DNA of 64,000 nt from Hyaloraphidium curvatum SAG 235-1 (Eukaryota; Fungi; Monoblepharomycota). How positions within the stretch are numbered: position 1 is the first letter of the stretch; each line of letters begins with the position of its first letter. The notes beneath the pieces were generated by a model, which did no database searches, was not told where the DNA came from, and saw only the letters and a list, made by a program, of their open reading frames with translations. The position numbers were made by a program, and so were the translations under genes. Of the stretch, positions 41,594-54,971 are shown in pieces. The stretch spans positions 248,001 to 312,000 of the forward strand of contig JAIVFI010000032.1 in NCBI GenBank assembly GCA_025558095.1. Direction: 5' to 3'.

Positions 41594-42497
41594 ATGAAGC
41601 TCAACATCGCCTTCCCGGTTTCGGGAGCGCAGAAGTGCCTCGAGGTGGATGACGAGAGGAAGCTGTGGGTCTTCCCGGGCGACGTCACATCCTGCTCGGC
41701 TCACCCCCGCCCCCGCTCCCAGCCGCATCTTCTACGACAAGAGGATCTCGGCGGAGGTCCCGGCGGACGCTCTTGGCGATGAGTACAAGGGCTACGTCTT
41801 CAAAATCATGGGCGGCAACGACAAGCAGGGCTTCCCCATGAAGCAGGGTGTGCTGAGCGCGCAGCGCGTCAAGCTCTTGCTCGCCAAGGGCCACTCGTGC
41901 TACCGCCCCCGCCGCACCGGAGAGAGGAAGCGGAAGTCCGTCAGGGGTTGCATCGTCGGCCCTGACATTGCTGCTCTGTCGCTGGTGGTGGTCAAGAAGG
42001 GCGAGGAGGACATCCCCGGGCTGACGGACCGCAACGTGCCGAAGCGCCTCGGCCCGAAGCGTGCGAGCAAGATCCGGAAGATGTTTGTGAGTACAGCAGC
42101 GGCATCGGGGAGGCACGGACCGGAGCTGACGGGCCTCCTTCCAGAACCTGACCAAGGAGGACGACGTGCGCAAGTTCGTCATCCGGAGAGAGCTCCCGGC
42201 CAAGGAGGGAAAAAAGCCTACCACCAAGGCCGCCAAGATCCAGCGTCTCGTTACCCCCCTCACCCTGCAGAGGAAGAGGCACCGGAAGGCGCTCAAGCGC
42301 AAGGCCGCCGAGAAGTCGAAGGAGGCCGCTGCCGAGTTGGTATCCGATGCACCGAGGTGGCGCTCCCAGCTCACCGACCTTGCAACAGGTACGCCGCCCT
42401 GCTGCAGAAGCGGTTCAAGGAGGCGCGCGACAAGAAGGAGAGCCAGCGCCGCCGGCGGTCCTCGTCGCTCCGCAAGACCAGCAGCGTCGATGCTTAG
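41594..42497 (+). CDS. RPS6: 40S ribosomal protein S6 (eS6)
   Basis: [47 protein letters not shown]-terminal RRRRSSSLR phosphosites. Confidence 0.98.
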
Positions 42498-42833
42498 ATT
42501 TGAGCTCTGTACAACCACTGACAAAAAGCGTCTACCACTATCTTGCATCCATCCGGCCAGTTAGCATTGGTTGGACCATCCGGCGGACAGCCGCGATTGA
42601 GGGTGATGGAGACCGGAGAGCCCGCAGCGCCGCGGATCGACTAAACGCGCTGAGGCCGCCCAAACCTGGTCCTCGCGAAACCAACAACGACGCGGCGCAG
42701 TTGTCCGGGAACGCGGGAGGAAAGAGGGGATTCACCACCGTTTGCCGTCGGGCCGCGCCGGTTCGTCGCGTCGAGGACGGCGGGAGCGACGCGTCCGGAC
42801 TGAGCACGCGACGCTGGCAGGCCATCGTGCACC

Positions 42834-44602
42834 ATGAGCGGGAATCCGCCAACGATCGTGATCGACAATGGCACAGGGGTGGGCATTTCTCTGAACGCCG
42901 TCCGGCGGCGTCGTGAGCTCCTGGAGGCGCGCTGACGGGGTTCCGTCTCTTCCCTCGGACTCCCGGAACGCCAACCCGTGGACATCGCGTCGCTGCAGTA
43001 CACGAAAATGGGCTACTCGGGGAACAATGACCCGTCCTTTATCATTCCCACGGAGATCGCGATCAACGAGAAGCCGGGAACTAAGGGCGGGCTCGCCATT
43101 GCGGGGAAGCGGGGCATCGAGGACATGGACTTCTACATCGGCGACGATGCCAAGGCCGTCAGCAAGACGTACTCTATCCTTTCTCCGGTCAAGCAGGGGC
43201 AGGTCGACAACTGGGACTTGATGGAGAAGTTCCACCAAGCCTCGCTGTTCGAGTATCTGCGCGTCGAGCCCGAAGACCACTACTTCCTGATGGTGAGATT
43301 CGACGGCCGCGTCTAAACGCGTAGACCGGGCTCATCTTGGTTCTCGCGTCGCGCTCAGACGGAACCGCCGATGAACACCCCGGAGAACCGCGAGTACCTG
43401 GCAGAGATCATGTTTGAATCGTTCGGCGTCAAGGGCCTGTATATTGCGGTGCAGGCCGTGCTTGCGTTGGCAGCTTCGTGGGCGGACAAGACCGTCAAGG
43501 ACCAGACGCTGACCGGCACGGTCGTCGACTCGGGCGACGGCCTCACCCACGTCATCCCCGTGGTAAGGCCTCTTGTCACGCGTTGCGCCCGTCGTCGTTT
43601 GTTCACCAAGCTTTCTTTTGAATCACAGGCCGAAGGCTACGTCATTGGCTCCTCCATCAAGAACATCCCTATCGCCGGCAAGGACATCACCTCCTTTGTC
43701 CAAGGCCTGCTCCGGGACCGGGAAACGCAGATTCCTCCGGATGAGTCGCTCGAGCTGGCCAAGGCCATCAAGGAGCAGTACTCGTACGTGTGCCCCGACA
43801 TCGTGAAGGAGTACAAGAAGTACGAGCAGGAAGGGGACCGTTACATCAAGCAGCACCAAGCTCGGAACAAGATCACGGGACAGGTGAAGGCATTGCAAAC
43901 GCATCTTGCTTGCATTTGCTGAAGATGTTGCCAACGCTTTTCTCCAGCCCTACACCGTCGACGTTGGCTTCGAGCGCTTCCTTGGTCCGGAAATCTTCTT
44001 CAACCCCGAAATCTATTCCTCCGATTTCCTCGTTCCCCTGCCCGAGGTCGTCGACAACGCCATCCAGAGCTGCCCCATCGATACCCGCAGGGGTCTGTAC
44101 AAGGTGGGTCGTTTCTTCCCCCATTCCTTCCCGGTCTTACCTGCCCCGTGCCAGAACATCGTCCTTTCCGGTGGCTCCACGATGTTCAAGGACTTTGGCA
44201 AGCGGTTGCAGCGCGATATCAAGCGCTTCGTGACGGAGCGGACCGAGGCGTCCGAGCGCCTGGCGCAGAAGCGGATGGGGACGGCGGTCAAGGCCGCCGA
44301 GGTGGAGGTGAACGTGTTGAGCCACAAGTACCAGCGCTATGCGGTGTGGTTCGGCGGCAGTTTGTTGGCGGACACGGTGGGTTCTACGTCCGGGTGTGGT
44401 GAGGGGGCTGCACTTGCTGACATCCTTGGTTTGGATCAGCCCGACTTCCACACCTACTGCCATACCAAGGCAGAGTACGAGGAGCAGGGACCGCGCATTG
44501 CAAGATACAACCGTGTCTTTGTTCGTATCGTGTTTCGGGTATCGGTGGGGCTGGAACTGACGCTTCCTCCCGCTCTCGTGATTACAGGGCACTATCCTCT
44601 AG
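42834..44602 (+). CDS. ARP3: Actin-related protein 3 (Arp2/3 complex)
   Basis: [75 protein letters not shown]. Confidence 0.97.
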
Positions 44603-44675
44603 GCGGTGTAACCGTGCAATGGTATCGTTATCCCTCCCTCTGCTCTTCTCCCTGCCCCTTTCCAGTGTGCCATGC

Positions 44676-45739
44676 TCAGAAGCTGAAGAAGCCCCGGCGT
44701 TCGTCCTTGTCGCGCTGCTCCTGCAGCGCCTGCTTCAGGTCCCTGATCTCATCCTCCATGGACCGAATCCTGTCCTTGTAGGCGGCCAGCTCGCGCTCGT
44801 CCGTCCGATGGGTGGCGCGCTCCGTCTCGAGCTCGCCAGCGAGCGCGTCGACCTGGGCACGGAGCCTCGCCGTCTCGTCCATCTGCGAGGCCAGCTCGCC
44901 CTCCATCCGTCCCTTTTCCTCGTCCTGCTTTTCGACTGTCGCCTGGAGGTCCCGCACGTTGGCCTCCAGGGCGACGACGTCGGCCTGCGCGGCACCCAAA
45001 GCAACGTTCACGGCGTCGTTCTGGAGAAAGAGGCCGTGATTGAGCAGCATGAGCCTCTTGACCTCGGCCGCCTGCGAGTCGTTCTCGGAGCGCAGCGCCA
45101 GGAGGTCCGCGCCCTGGCGCTGCACGGTCTCCTGAGCCGCCTTCAGCTGATCGAGCACCGAGGCGTAGTCGGCCGCGACGGCCTCGAGCTCCTTGAGCCT
45201 GGAGGCCAGCTCCTCGTTTTCCGCCCGCAGCTGCTTCACGAGCTCCGGGTCCTCGGTCCGGCCCAGCTCCAGCTCCTGCTCGGCGAGCGCCTGCGGTGTT
45301 TGTGTTTAGCCCCCCGGCATCCCGGGCGCCGCGGCCTGCAACGCACCCGGCGGCCCTCCTGGACGGTCTCGACGATCGCCGCGTGCAATTCCTCGACCTC
45401 GTCCGCGCCCTCGAGGTCGATCGAGGCGCCCGAAGCCCGATCGTCCTGCGCGGCGGACTGCCCGACCGCAAGCCCGTTCTTGAGCTTGAGCGTGAGCGCA
45501 TCGAGCAGGGAGAAGGAGCCCTGGGCATTCAGTGTGCGTGTGAATGCGCCGTGCTCCCCGAATGCGGATAGAGGAGAAGGAACGGCCGTCTGGGCCGAGT
45601 TGGGGGACGCCGCGGACAGCTTTGCCCTGGCGAACAGGTCGCCCCCGGCGCGCACGAGGCTCAACGCCGAAAGCAGCGACGGCCTCGGACCGGAAGTCTC
45701 GGTCGCGGGCCGGGCGAGGACGGGGGCGTGAACCTGCAT
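44676..45739 (-). CDS. Hypothetical coiled-coil protein
   Basis: Heptad-rich C-terminal exon ([16 protein letters not shown]...[11 protein letters not shown]); probable single intron near 45300-45350. Confidence 0.6.
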
Positions 45740-45854
45740 GTTGACAGCTGAGGTGTGTTTGGTCGGGCGGATTCTCGCCGGCGCGGGCGCGGCTTGCCGG
45801 CTCGGGGGCGGGCCGCGTCGAGACCACCCAATGGACGCCTCCGCCTGACGATCG

Positions 45855-47179
45855 ATGGAAGAAACCGGCGGCGACGCGTCCGCGGCGGCCCCGGCGGCGG
45901 CAGCGGCCCCGGCGCCCCGCGAGAGGCGAAGGCGAAATCGCGACAAGGAACGAGAGCAGCCGCCGACGAAGGTCGTCGTGAGGCGGCTGCCGCCCGCGCT
46001 GCCGGAAGATGTGCTGCGGACCTCGCTGGAAAAGTGGCTGCCGGCGACGGACTGGTGGCTGTTTGTTCCGGGGAAGCTGTCCAAGACGTGGGCTCGCCTC
46101 TCGCAGGCCCGGTTCGCGCCTCAACGCGCCCATCGTCCCCAGCAAGGCAAAGGAGTCGCAGTTCGCGCGCGCCTACATGCACTTTAGGTCGCCGGACGCC
46201 GTGGTCGAGTTTTCTAGGGCCTACGACGGCCACGCGTTCGTCGACTCGCGCGGCAACGAGTACCGCGCCGTGGTGGAGCTGGCGCCGTCGCAGCGCATGC
46301 CCAAGCCCAAGAAGAAGAGGGATCCGAAGCAGGGGAGCATCGAGACCGGTGGGCCCTGCCGTTGACGGGCTGCAGGACGCGCGGAACTGACCGGACGCGG
46401 CAGACCCCGACTACGTCGCCTTCCTCGAGGCCTTCAACAACCCCGCCCTGCCGATGCCCAGCCTCCTGGGCATCCCCCAGCCCGCGGACGCCCCGCAGCC
46501 CGACACGGGGCCGTCGGTGGCCCCGCTGGTCGCCTACCTCCGCGAGAAGCGGGCCAACGCGGCGGCCAGGCGGGCCAGGAAGGAGGCCGAGATGGCCAAG
46601 GTGCAGGTCCTGCAGCGGGGCAAGGGCGGGCAGGTGAAAGCGGCTCCGCCCGCGGCCCCTGCCGAGGGGAAGAAGGGTAAGGGCGGCAAGGCGCCCGAGG
46701 CGGGGAAGGGGCCGGACGGCGGCAGGCAGAAGCAGGCCAAGCAGGGGGTCGCACCCAAGCCGACCGCGGCCGAGCAGGGCGGGCCGGCTGGCTCCGCACC
46801 GGGACAGGTGGGAATGGCCGAAGGGACGTCAGGCGGCAGGCGCCGCCGCGGGGGCAAACCCGCCGCCGCCCCGCCGGCGGTGGCGGGCGACTCCCCCGCG
46901 CCGCCGTCCCCCTCCGCCCCCAAGCCCACAAACAACCCCGCGCCAAGCAAGGGCCAGGGCCCAGCCATCGTCATCCGCAAGGCCGACGGGAGCACGTCGT
47001 CCTTCAACGTGCCCGAGCAGCCCGCCAAGCCGGAACAGGCGATCGACGCCTCGGTGCGCGGGGTCCTGGCCGTCGATCCCGCTTCCCTGTCTTCCGGACG
47101 CGGAGGGAGGAGCGGACGGAGGTCCAGGGGCAGGAAGGCAGCCGGGGAGGGCGGCGAGGGTGCGGGGGCGGTGACGTGA
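45855..47179 (+). CDS. UPF3: Nonsense-mediated decay factor UPF3
   Basis: TKVVVRRLPP, FVPGK, ARAYMHF, DGHAFVDSRGNEYRAVVELAPSQRMP (Smg4/UPF3 RRM). Confidence 0.92.
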
Positions 47180-47649
47180 GCGCGATCGGGCCACCGCACC
47201 TGCTTGCCCCTGCCCATTCGACGGATCCGTGCGTGATGGCACGACATATCACACCCAGCGATGCACGACTCACCGCTGACTCGGAGCTGTCCCTGATGAG
47301 GACGCCGATGACTAACTTCTTCCCGTCGGTCGGTCTGGCTGTGTCGAGGGATGCCGCCTCCGAGAGCGCGGCGCTCCGGCTCCGCGAGCGGGATCTTGGA
47401 AGCGAACTGGAGCTCCAGTCGGCCGAGCGGTCGATTTTTGTACTTTTCGAACGCGAAACGAGGATGACGGTCTGATTTGGGACTTGGGACGCCGCCAAAT
47501 CCCCTGCCGCAACACCGCCCGCGGGATCACCCGCCCTGCGGCGAAGCGAGCGGCGTCACGCCGGCCCCGAGGCTGAGCCGGATCCGCCTGTGGCGAGCGC
47601 CGCACCCCCGCTCCACCCCTCGGGAACCGTTGCCTGCCTCAGCCTCGCA

Positions 47650-48542
47650 ATGGCGGCGACCCACGACGGAACGATTGCGGCACACGCCGTCCTTTGTGCC
47701 GTCGGGACGGCGCTCCTCCTGCCCTCCATCATGTTCACCGCCCGCTACGGGCGCCACTTCCTCTCCGACCGGGCCCAGCGGTGGGGCCTCCATGCCGGCC
47801 TGGGCGCGCTGGCGCTGGCCATGCTCGCCATCGGTTGCGGGCTTGGCTACGTTCACCGCTTCGGGCAGCCGCACTGGATCGCGACGCACGGGATAATCGG
47901 ACTCGTGGTGCCGGTGGTGCTCGGCGTCCAGGTGAGCTCGACAGCAGGGGTCGGCACGAGGGTCACACGCCGGGGACTTGGCACCCACGATGTGAACGAG
48001 GACGGGCGACGAGCTGGTCCGGCAGAGGGCACCGTGACTCAGGGGCTGACTCCTCTCCCTCCCCGCAGTACCTCCTCGGCTTCGTCATCTACCACCTGTA
48101 CGATCCTGCCCGCACCTCGCGGCCCTGGCGCAATCAGGTGCACCGGATCCTCGGGCCGGCCATCGCCGCGCTCGCGATCGCGGACTGCGTGCTGGGGTTC
48201 GTGCGGTGGGGCACGATCCTGCCCGCGTCGTCGTCGACGGCCATGGTCAGCTGCTGGGTGTTCCTGGCGGTCTCGGTGGGGGCGTTCGTGGCTTTCATCG
48301 CCGCGGGGGAGCACATCAAGACACGGGACATGGAGCGGAAGGCGGCCGCGCAGGTGGCCGCGGACATTGCCGCCGCGGACGTGAAGGAGAAGGGGGGGAA
48401 GGAGATGGAGGAGGGCGGGAAGGCCCTGCCTGACGGGGACGGGGAACGCACGGAGGGCACCACGACGCCCCCTGCGGAGGAGGAGGGGACGCTGTGGGGG
48501 AGCGATTCGGACCGCTCGGAGAACGGGGATGCCGGGGCGTAG
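47650..48542 (+). CDS. Cytochrome b561-domain membrane protein
   Basis: Four His ligands in TM context: AHAVL, LHAGL, THGIIGL, VHRILG; one intron. Confidence 0.8.
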
Positions 48543-48697
48543 CGTGCGCTTGCTGGACTTGGACCGAATACCACTTCTAAGCGAGAGGGTGTGGGGCGGC
48601 TTCCAATCGCGGCTTTTCCCGCCGTTCAGCCCCAGCAAACAGAGAACACGGCGTCACGGCGACCGGGCCCACCCGGGCCCCTGGCCGCGAGTCCGCG

Positions 48698-50682
48698 ATG
48701 GAGGCGAGCGAGACGGGTGTTGCCGAGCGGCATGCGCTGCACCGGCGGGACTCTGACAGCGATGCGGACTCGGGCGACACGCTGGGGGGGCCGGCGACCC
48801 TGCTGCTGCCGCGGCGCACGCCGTCGCCCCCGCGGTCGCCGCCGCGGTCGCCGCCGCGCGGTCGCCATGTGCCGCACCCGGCAGGACAATTGGGCGGCCA
48901 CCTCGGGCAGCTGGGCGGACCACTGCGAGTGTGCGCGCCGAGGTGCCGCGGGCTGCTCTCGCTGCCGGGCCGCGCGGCGGTGGCGCAGTTCGCGCTGCTG
49001 CTGCTGCTCGCAAACGCCGCGTGGCGCTTCCGCTTCTACGTGCTGCCGGTCGTGCCGGGCGACGGCTCGTCGGCCGCGCGGCTGGCGGACTTCGGCGCGG
49101 ACGACTACCGCCGGCCCGACGGCGCGTGGGCGCCCGGCTTCTGCGCCCGCATCGCCGGGCCGGGCGAGCGGGAGGCGCCGCGGCTGGCCTCGGCGGACCA
49201 GGAGCCGGCGGAACCGCGCCGCCTGCCGGGGCTGCGGACAAAGGGCGGGCGCGGCAGGGGCTCGTCGCGCCGCAGAAAGCCCCGGCTGGCCCGCCGCGCC
49301 TCCCGGACCCGCCCAAAGCCCGAGCCGCCGCCCGACGCCCTCGCCTCCCCGTGGAACGCGAACCGCGACGTGGCCCCCGGCGACCTCACCGGCCTCTCGC
49401 AGGAGGTCCACTCGCTCACAGAGTCGCGCGGCGTGTCGCTGCCAAACCGCCACCACTGGCAGTCCCTCTCCCTCGTCGCCATGCTGGAGCACCGCTGGGC
49501 ATGGCAGGACCACCTCCGCGCGCGCGCGCTCCCCTACGCCGACGCCGCCGACGCCTTCGGCTTCCGCCCCGGCTCGCGCGGCATCGTCACCACGCTCGAG
49601 GGAAAGAGCCTCAAGTACTCGCTGGCCGCGCTGCGCGTGCTGCGGCGGATGAACGTGTCGCTGGACGTCGAGGCCTGGTGCTACCGCGGCGAGCTGACGG
49701 CCAGGCAGAAGGCCCTCGTGGCGCGGTTCGGCGCGGGGAACGGCGGCTCCATCGTCGTCAAGGAGGCAGAGGAGCAGGCGCAGCGGCTGGCAGGGAGGAT
49801 CGACTCGGAGGCCGCGGGCGGCTTCTTCTCGGAAAGGAAGTCGGGGAGGAACTACCAGCTCAAGGTCGAGGCGATCATGGCGAGCGCCTTTGAGGAGGTC
49901 ATGTGGTTGGACTCGGACAACATCGTCGCGAAGGACGTGACGTTCCTGTTCGACGAGCCGGCGTACGTCGAGACGGGGGCGCTGTTCTGGCCCGACTACT
50001 GGTGGGTTGCCATCTCATGGCTGGCATTGAGATCATCGGCTCACCGTCGGGTGATGGCAGGCGCACCGCCCTCGACAACCCGATCTGGACCGTCATGGGC
50101 GTCCCCTACCGCTTCGAATGGGAGTTCGAAGCCGGCCAGCTCCTCGTCTCCAAGCCGCGCTCGTGGTGCGCCCTCTCGCTGGCGCTGCAGCTCGTGCACG
50201 ACCCCTTCTACCAGGACCGCCTGCTGTGGGGCGACAAGGACGCCTTCCGCTTCGCATGGAAGGCCACCGGCACCCCGTACCACGTTGTGCGCTTCCCCGT
50301 TCAGCCCGCCGGCGAGCGCTCCGGCAGCCCCGCGCCGGACCCCTCCGCCTCGGGCTTCTGCGCCACCACCATGGTCCAATCCCACCCCTCGCGCCGCTCC
50401 GAACCGCTCTTCTTCCACGCCAACGCGCTCAAGTACGCCGGCACCCCCGAGCTGCGGCCCTCGCGCGGCGCGCCGGGCCCGTTCCCGTGGATCCTCAGGT
50501 ACCCCGCGGGCACCGACGTGCGGAGGATGAGGGCGGTGGGGTACCACGGCAGGGGGAGGAGGTGGTGCGTCACGCTCGGTGGGGACGGGGAGGTGGAGTG
50601 GGAGTGGGCGAGGACGGATCCGGGGGTGGCCGAGGTGTGGGGGGAGGGCTACGCCGAGGCGGTCAAGGCGCTGGGCGGGTAG
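48698..50682 (+). CDS. GT71 alpha-mannosyltransferase (MNN2/MNN5-like)
   Basis: FEEVMWLDSDN, TGALFWPDYW, EFEAGQLLVSK, WGDKDAFRFAW; N-terminal TM anchor. Confidence 0.88.
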
Positions 50683-50842
50683 ACGGCCCGGTGCGGCGGC
50701 GCGTGTAGACGCACCGGGTCTTGGGACATGGGAGGAAGCTGCTTCTTGGAACCATGGAAGTCTTTAAGCGCGATAGAGTGCAAGAAGTTCTTGATTGAAG
50801 TTTCTCAATCTGCTCTAGATCGACGATTCGTGCTGCGCCCGG

Positions 50843-53490
50843 CTATGGCTGCCCAGGGAAGATGCTGCTGTACACCGCATGCAGCACGTCTCCGTCCCAG
50901 CCCTCCTCGGACGAGCCTCCCACCAGCTTGGCCACGATCCCCTCCACCGCGCCGTCAAACTCCCACACAAGCGAATACAGCACCACCCGCCGCAGGACGT
51001 CGGGCCTGTCCGCCGCGGCAACACCGTCGGCCTCCAGAAATGCGTCCACCCTCTCGGGGTCAAAGAAGAGCACGCTGCCGAAAACCGGCACAAAGTCCCA
51101 CGCCGCATCAAACCACGCGTCCTCGCCCGGCAGAACGTGGAAAGCGTCTCCGAAATCGAGCACCTGCCGCGGTTCCCAAAACCCTTCCGCCGACGGCTCG
51201 CCAAACACGTTGCCGGCATGCAGATCGCAGTGCAGCAGCGAGACGCGCATCCCGGCCGGCACGCCGGCGAGCAGTTCCTCCGCTGAAGATTCCCTGCGCA
51301 GCGCGCGGACCGCCGGCCTCAGGTTTTCGGGCAGCCTCGCCAGCCTGGCCTCCCAGACGTCCCCGAAAAGCCGGTCGAACAGACCCCGCCAATCCGCATG
51401 TCGGCGCGGCTCCCAGCTCTCCACCATCGGTGCCGTCGGCAGCGAATGCAGGCCCCGCGTCGTGAGCGCGATCCACCGCACGAGCGCATCGTCCGCTATC
51501 GGTGGCAGCCCCTTCTCCAGCAACACTCTCCTGTGCGCCTCCAGGCTCTCGCCCCCGGCGCGCTCCATAACCATGAATGGCCACAGCCACCCTTCATCCT
51601 GCAGCTTGCCCCTCGCAACGAGCGCCGGCGCCAGCCTCTCCCGTCCACCAAGCCGCATCCGCTCCCTGGCCAGCATCTCGGAGCCGAACCCCTTGCCCTC
51701 CGCCGCGAGGTGCGGAAACAGCTTGGCCACGCGGCCCGAGGCGTCCGCAAACACGGGGCTCGAGCCGCCGAGGGGCGTCCACCTCCCCGCGAGCCCGGGG
51801 ACCAGCTCGCGGAGGCGGTCCAGGCGCGCCTTTTGCGCTTCGGGGGAGCGGAACGAGGCCATGAACGAGGCGCGGGTCCGGTGGCTCTCGGCGAGGACGT
51901 GCGGGTCGTCGGTGGGTTGGAAGGTGCGTGCGGCTGCCGAGAAGGATTCGGCGAGGTAGGAGCGGTGCGAGGTCATGGTCGCAGAGATCTTGGACCACCT
52001 CTGGCAGAGAGTTTGGCGTTAGGCAAATCGAGCGGGCCATGGAGTGCCATCTCACCTCGGGAGGAAACCTGACGGCAGCTTCCGCGGCAAAGGTTCGCAC
52101 GTTGCGCTCGTCGAGGAAGTTCTGTGTCACGGCGACGTTCACTTCGTCCAGGTTGAGTATCATGTGCCACCTGCGACGTCGCATGGTCAGCAAACTGGCG
52201 CTGCCCGAATGATGCGACCACCCACCATCCCGCCGGCACGAAGATGGTCTCCCCGGGCATCTGCACGCACTCGATCGGCAGCGCCTCTGGCGGCAGGTGC
52301 GGGTACACGTCCAGGTACCACTCGAGCGAGCTGGGCGCCTCGATCCTCCCCTCCTCGAAAAACACCCCCACGCCCGGCGGCGGGTGACCGGGCGGGTACA
52401 GCGCCCACCTCTTCCTGCCCCCGATAAGGGCGTTCCACGCGCCCGTGCCCAGCGGATCTTCGGCGGGACGTCACGCACCCCCTACAGCGCCCCAACAATG
52501 GTGCCCGGCTCACCGACGTGCCATCCCGCGCCGCTGCGCATGGGGCCGATGACGAGCCAGCGGAAGTCCATGGGGCGCTCGGCGGGGGGGAAGGCGTCCA
52601 GGAGGTCGGGGCCGAAAACGCCCGGGGGCTCGTAGTCGGAGAGCAGTGCGGGGGCTTTTTCGGCGAAGCGGGGGTCGAAGATGTAGAGCGGCGACTCGTC
52701 GTTCTGGCGGGAGCAGTAGTCGAGGTAGGACTCGAGGGTCATGTCGGCGTAGCGCAGAGCCTGTGACGTGTTGTTTTCGTTCCCGGCTCCGGTGCGGAAG
52801 CGCACATCGGGGAAGTCACGCAGGAGCCGAGATACGGACCACGCGCCGCGCGCAGCCGGCCACGAGGCCGTCGCGGAAGCGGGCAGTAAGAAGGGCCGCG
52901 AAGCTCCAATGTTCCTGGCGACGGCCGACGCGTCGACCACCGGGTCGAGCGTGGGCAACGGCGGCAGGCAGTCAATCCGCAGCCTGTCAAATTGCTGGAT
53001 GTTCATGCATGAGCGCTGGTGGGGCGGAGTCTGTCAGGGCTCTCCACAAGCTTTGTGCGACTCGACGCCCCACCTGCCACTTGCGGTGTAGGTGGTGTGA
53101 GCGCACGTTCCACGCTGAAACATCGAGCCTGCGCGTCTGCCGCCGCGCGCGTTCGGGGCTGTCGGGTTCCCAGCCCGCGTCCTCGTCCCCGCCTGACGAC
53201 GGCCGAGTGGCCAGGGCGACGAACGTCTCGCGCCAGGACGCCCCAAAGACCAGCGGCTGCTTCAGCGACAGGCAATGCGCGCGCCACAGCGCGTCGTCAC
53301 GTGCAAAGAGGAAAAGCACGCGCGAACACGCCGAGGCCGTGTCGAGGTCGCGGGGGGACAACCGCGCGAGCACCGCCGACACGAGCTCGTCCGCCAAGAC
53401 GGCCATGTTGCCGAGCCCGGCGTCGCGCGCAGAAAGCGGAGGCGGCGCTTCCGGCGGCGGCGGAGGAGGAGGAGGCGGGAGCGCCGCCAT
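50843..53490 (-). CDS. F-box + JmjC (JMJD6-like) + aminoglycoside-phosphotransferase/kinase-like fusion protein
   Basis: F-box LADELVSAVLARLSPRDL; JmjC DESPLYIFD, RWLVIGPMRSGAGWHV|DP, GETIFVPAGWWH; APH motifs LHCDLHAGNV and LDFGDA. Confidence 0.88.
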
Positions 53491-53923
53491 GTTTGTTGTG
53501 GTCGACGCGGAATCGGAGCGCGCCTGGGCGCGAACTCCGACGTAGCGCCAAGCACAGCAACGAACCAGCAAGCAGGTTCAGCGAGATTTGGAAGGCTCCG
53601 TACTTCACTCAAGAAGACCTACTCATTTAATCCACCCGTTTGTTTGCCTGCCTAAGCACCTCCTTTGGCCAAGCACCGAAGAACCAGGTTGCTCGGCGTG
53701 CTATCACTTCAGCAACCTGCGCGAGCAGCGGATCTGGGTCACCATCGAAGAGGTATGGAAGCTTTCTGATTCAGGCCGGGGCAGGCTAGGAGCTCAGTGC
53801 GCCGAGCAACCAAGCGGAGGCAATTTTGCAGGAATGGACCGGAAGCGGAAGACGGGCAATCCAAGCATCAGGCGTGGTGATGGGTAAATCTCGACATCCT
53901 TGCACAGTTCTAAGTCTGTCCTT

Positions 53924-54547
53924 TTACGTTGCATCAAGACTGGGCCGAGTTGGGCACCGTTTCGGATTGCAGCCGACGCTGGGCCCTGGACTGGATCGCG
54001 GCCGCCTCGCCAGATTCGACGGCATGGCGCATGCCAGCGAACCAGCCCCCGCCAGTTTTGCAACCGCCGCCAGCCATCCCATTCTCCCTTTCTCCCGGGC
54101 ATCCTCGGCAAGGGTGACGTGTCCGATCAGGCGAAAGGCGTACAGAAGCCCGCGTTCGTAGGCACCCTGGGACTCATCGCCGCGCAGTTTGGCGGACGAG
54201 ATACAGTGCGCCGCATACATCGCCGCTTCGTACTCGTCGCCGAAGTTCTCGAACAGGAGGTTCCAGGCTTCCGCGGTGCCGACGAACGTCTCGCGCGGGG
54301 ACGCGCCAAGCACGATTGGCTCCTTCAGTGACAGACTGTGAGGTTGCCACAGCGATTCCTCGCGCGCAAAGAGAAAGAGAACCCGCGAGCACGCCGCCAC
54401 GGTGTCGAGGTCGCGAGGAGGCAGCAGGGCAAGCACCGAAGGCACGAGCTCGTCGGCCAGCACTGCCATGTGACCGAGCCCAGCATCGCGCGGAAAAATG
54501 TTTTGGGGCTCTGCGGGCGACGTGGGTGGAGCCGGAGGACCCGCCAT
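53924..54547 (-). CDS. Partial tandem duplicate of the F-box N-terminus fused to an unrelated C-terminus (gene or pseudogene)
   Basis: RDAGLGHMAVLADELVPSVLALLPPRDLDTVAACSRVLFLFAREESLW...GASPRETFV closely matches the neighbour's N-terminus. Confidence 0.7.
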   Translation of the reverse strand: MAGPPAPPTSPAEPQNIFPRDAGLGHMAVLADELVPSVLALLPPRDLDTVAACSRVLFLFAREESLWQPHSLSLKEPIVLGASPRETFVGTAEAWNLLFENFGDEYEAAMYAAHCISSAKLRGDESQGAYERGLLYAFRLIGHVTLAEDAREKGRMGWLAAVAKLAGAGSLACAMPSNLARRPRSSPGPSVGCNPKRCPTRPSLDAT

Positions 54548-54971
54548 GTTGTTGCGGAGCTGGGTGGTGAATCGCTCTCCCGCCCCCAGATCAGATCAGG
54601 CAGGTGCGGGCTCACACAGACAAGCCCAGAGTCCGGTCCATCGACAATATCGAGAGCAGCGAATCGGGACAAGACGAAGACTCAGATGCAATCTGGTTCA
54701 GATTCAGAGCTCAACGGTGCCGACAAGCTGAAGCTGGAGTAACGCCTCGGGAAGGAGGAGAATCACTTGAACCCAACAACCACGTGCCATCCGCAGCAAA
54801 GGAGGGATGATGGATCATCTCAACTCTTCTTCTACAGTCCCATTCCACCATCTGCCTCCCATGTTGCGTCACGGACAATCTCGGGGAGTTGGGATCGGGT
54901 CGGCACCTCACTCTGCTTCCGCCACCCGGGCGGCCATTTTCGTTCCCGCACCTGCCTGTGATCGCCTCGCG

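Noticed and set aside
42879-42998. ARP3 intron 1 with an internal GTGAGC and a distal CTGAC, possibly a nested intron
   Set aside because: No internal AG acceptor in a suitable position; a single 120-nt intron suffices.
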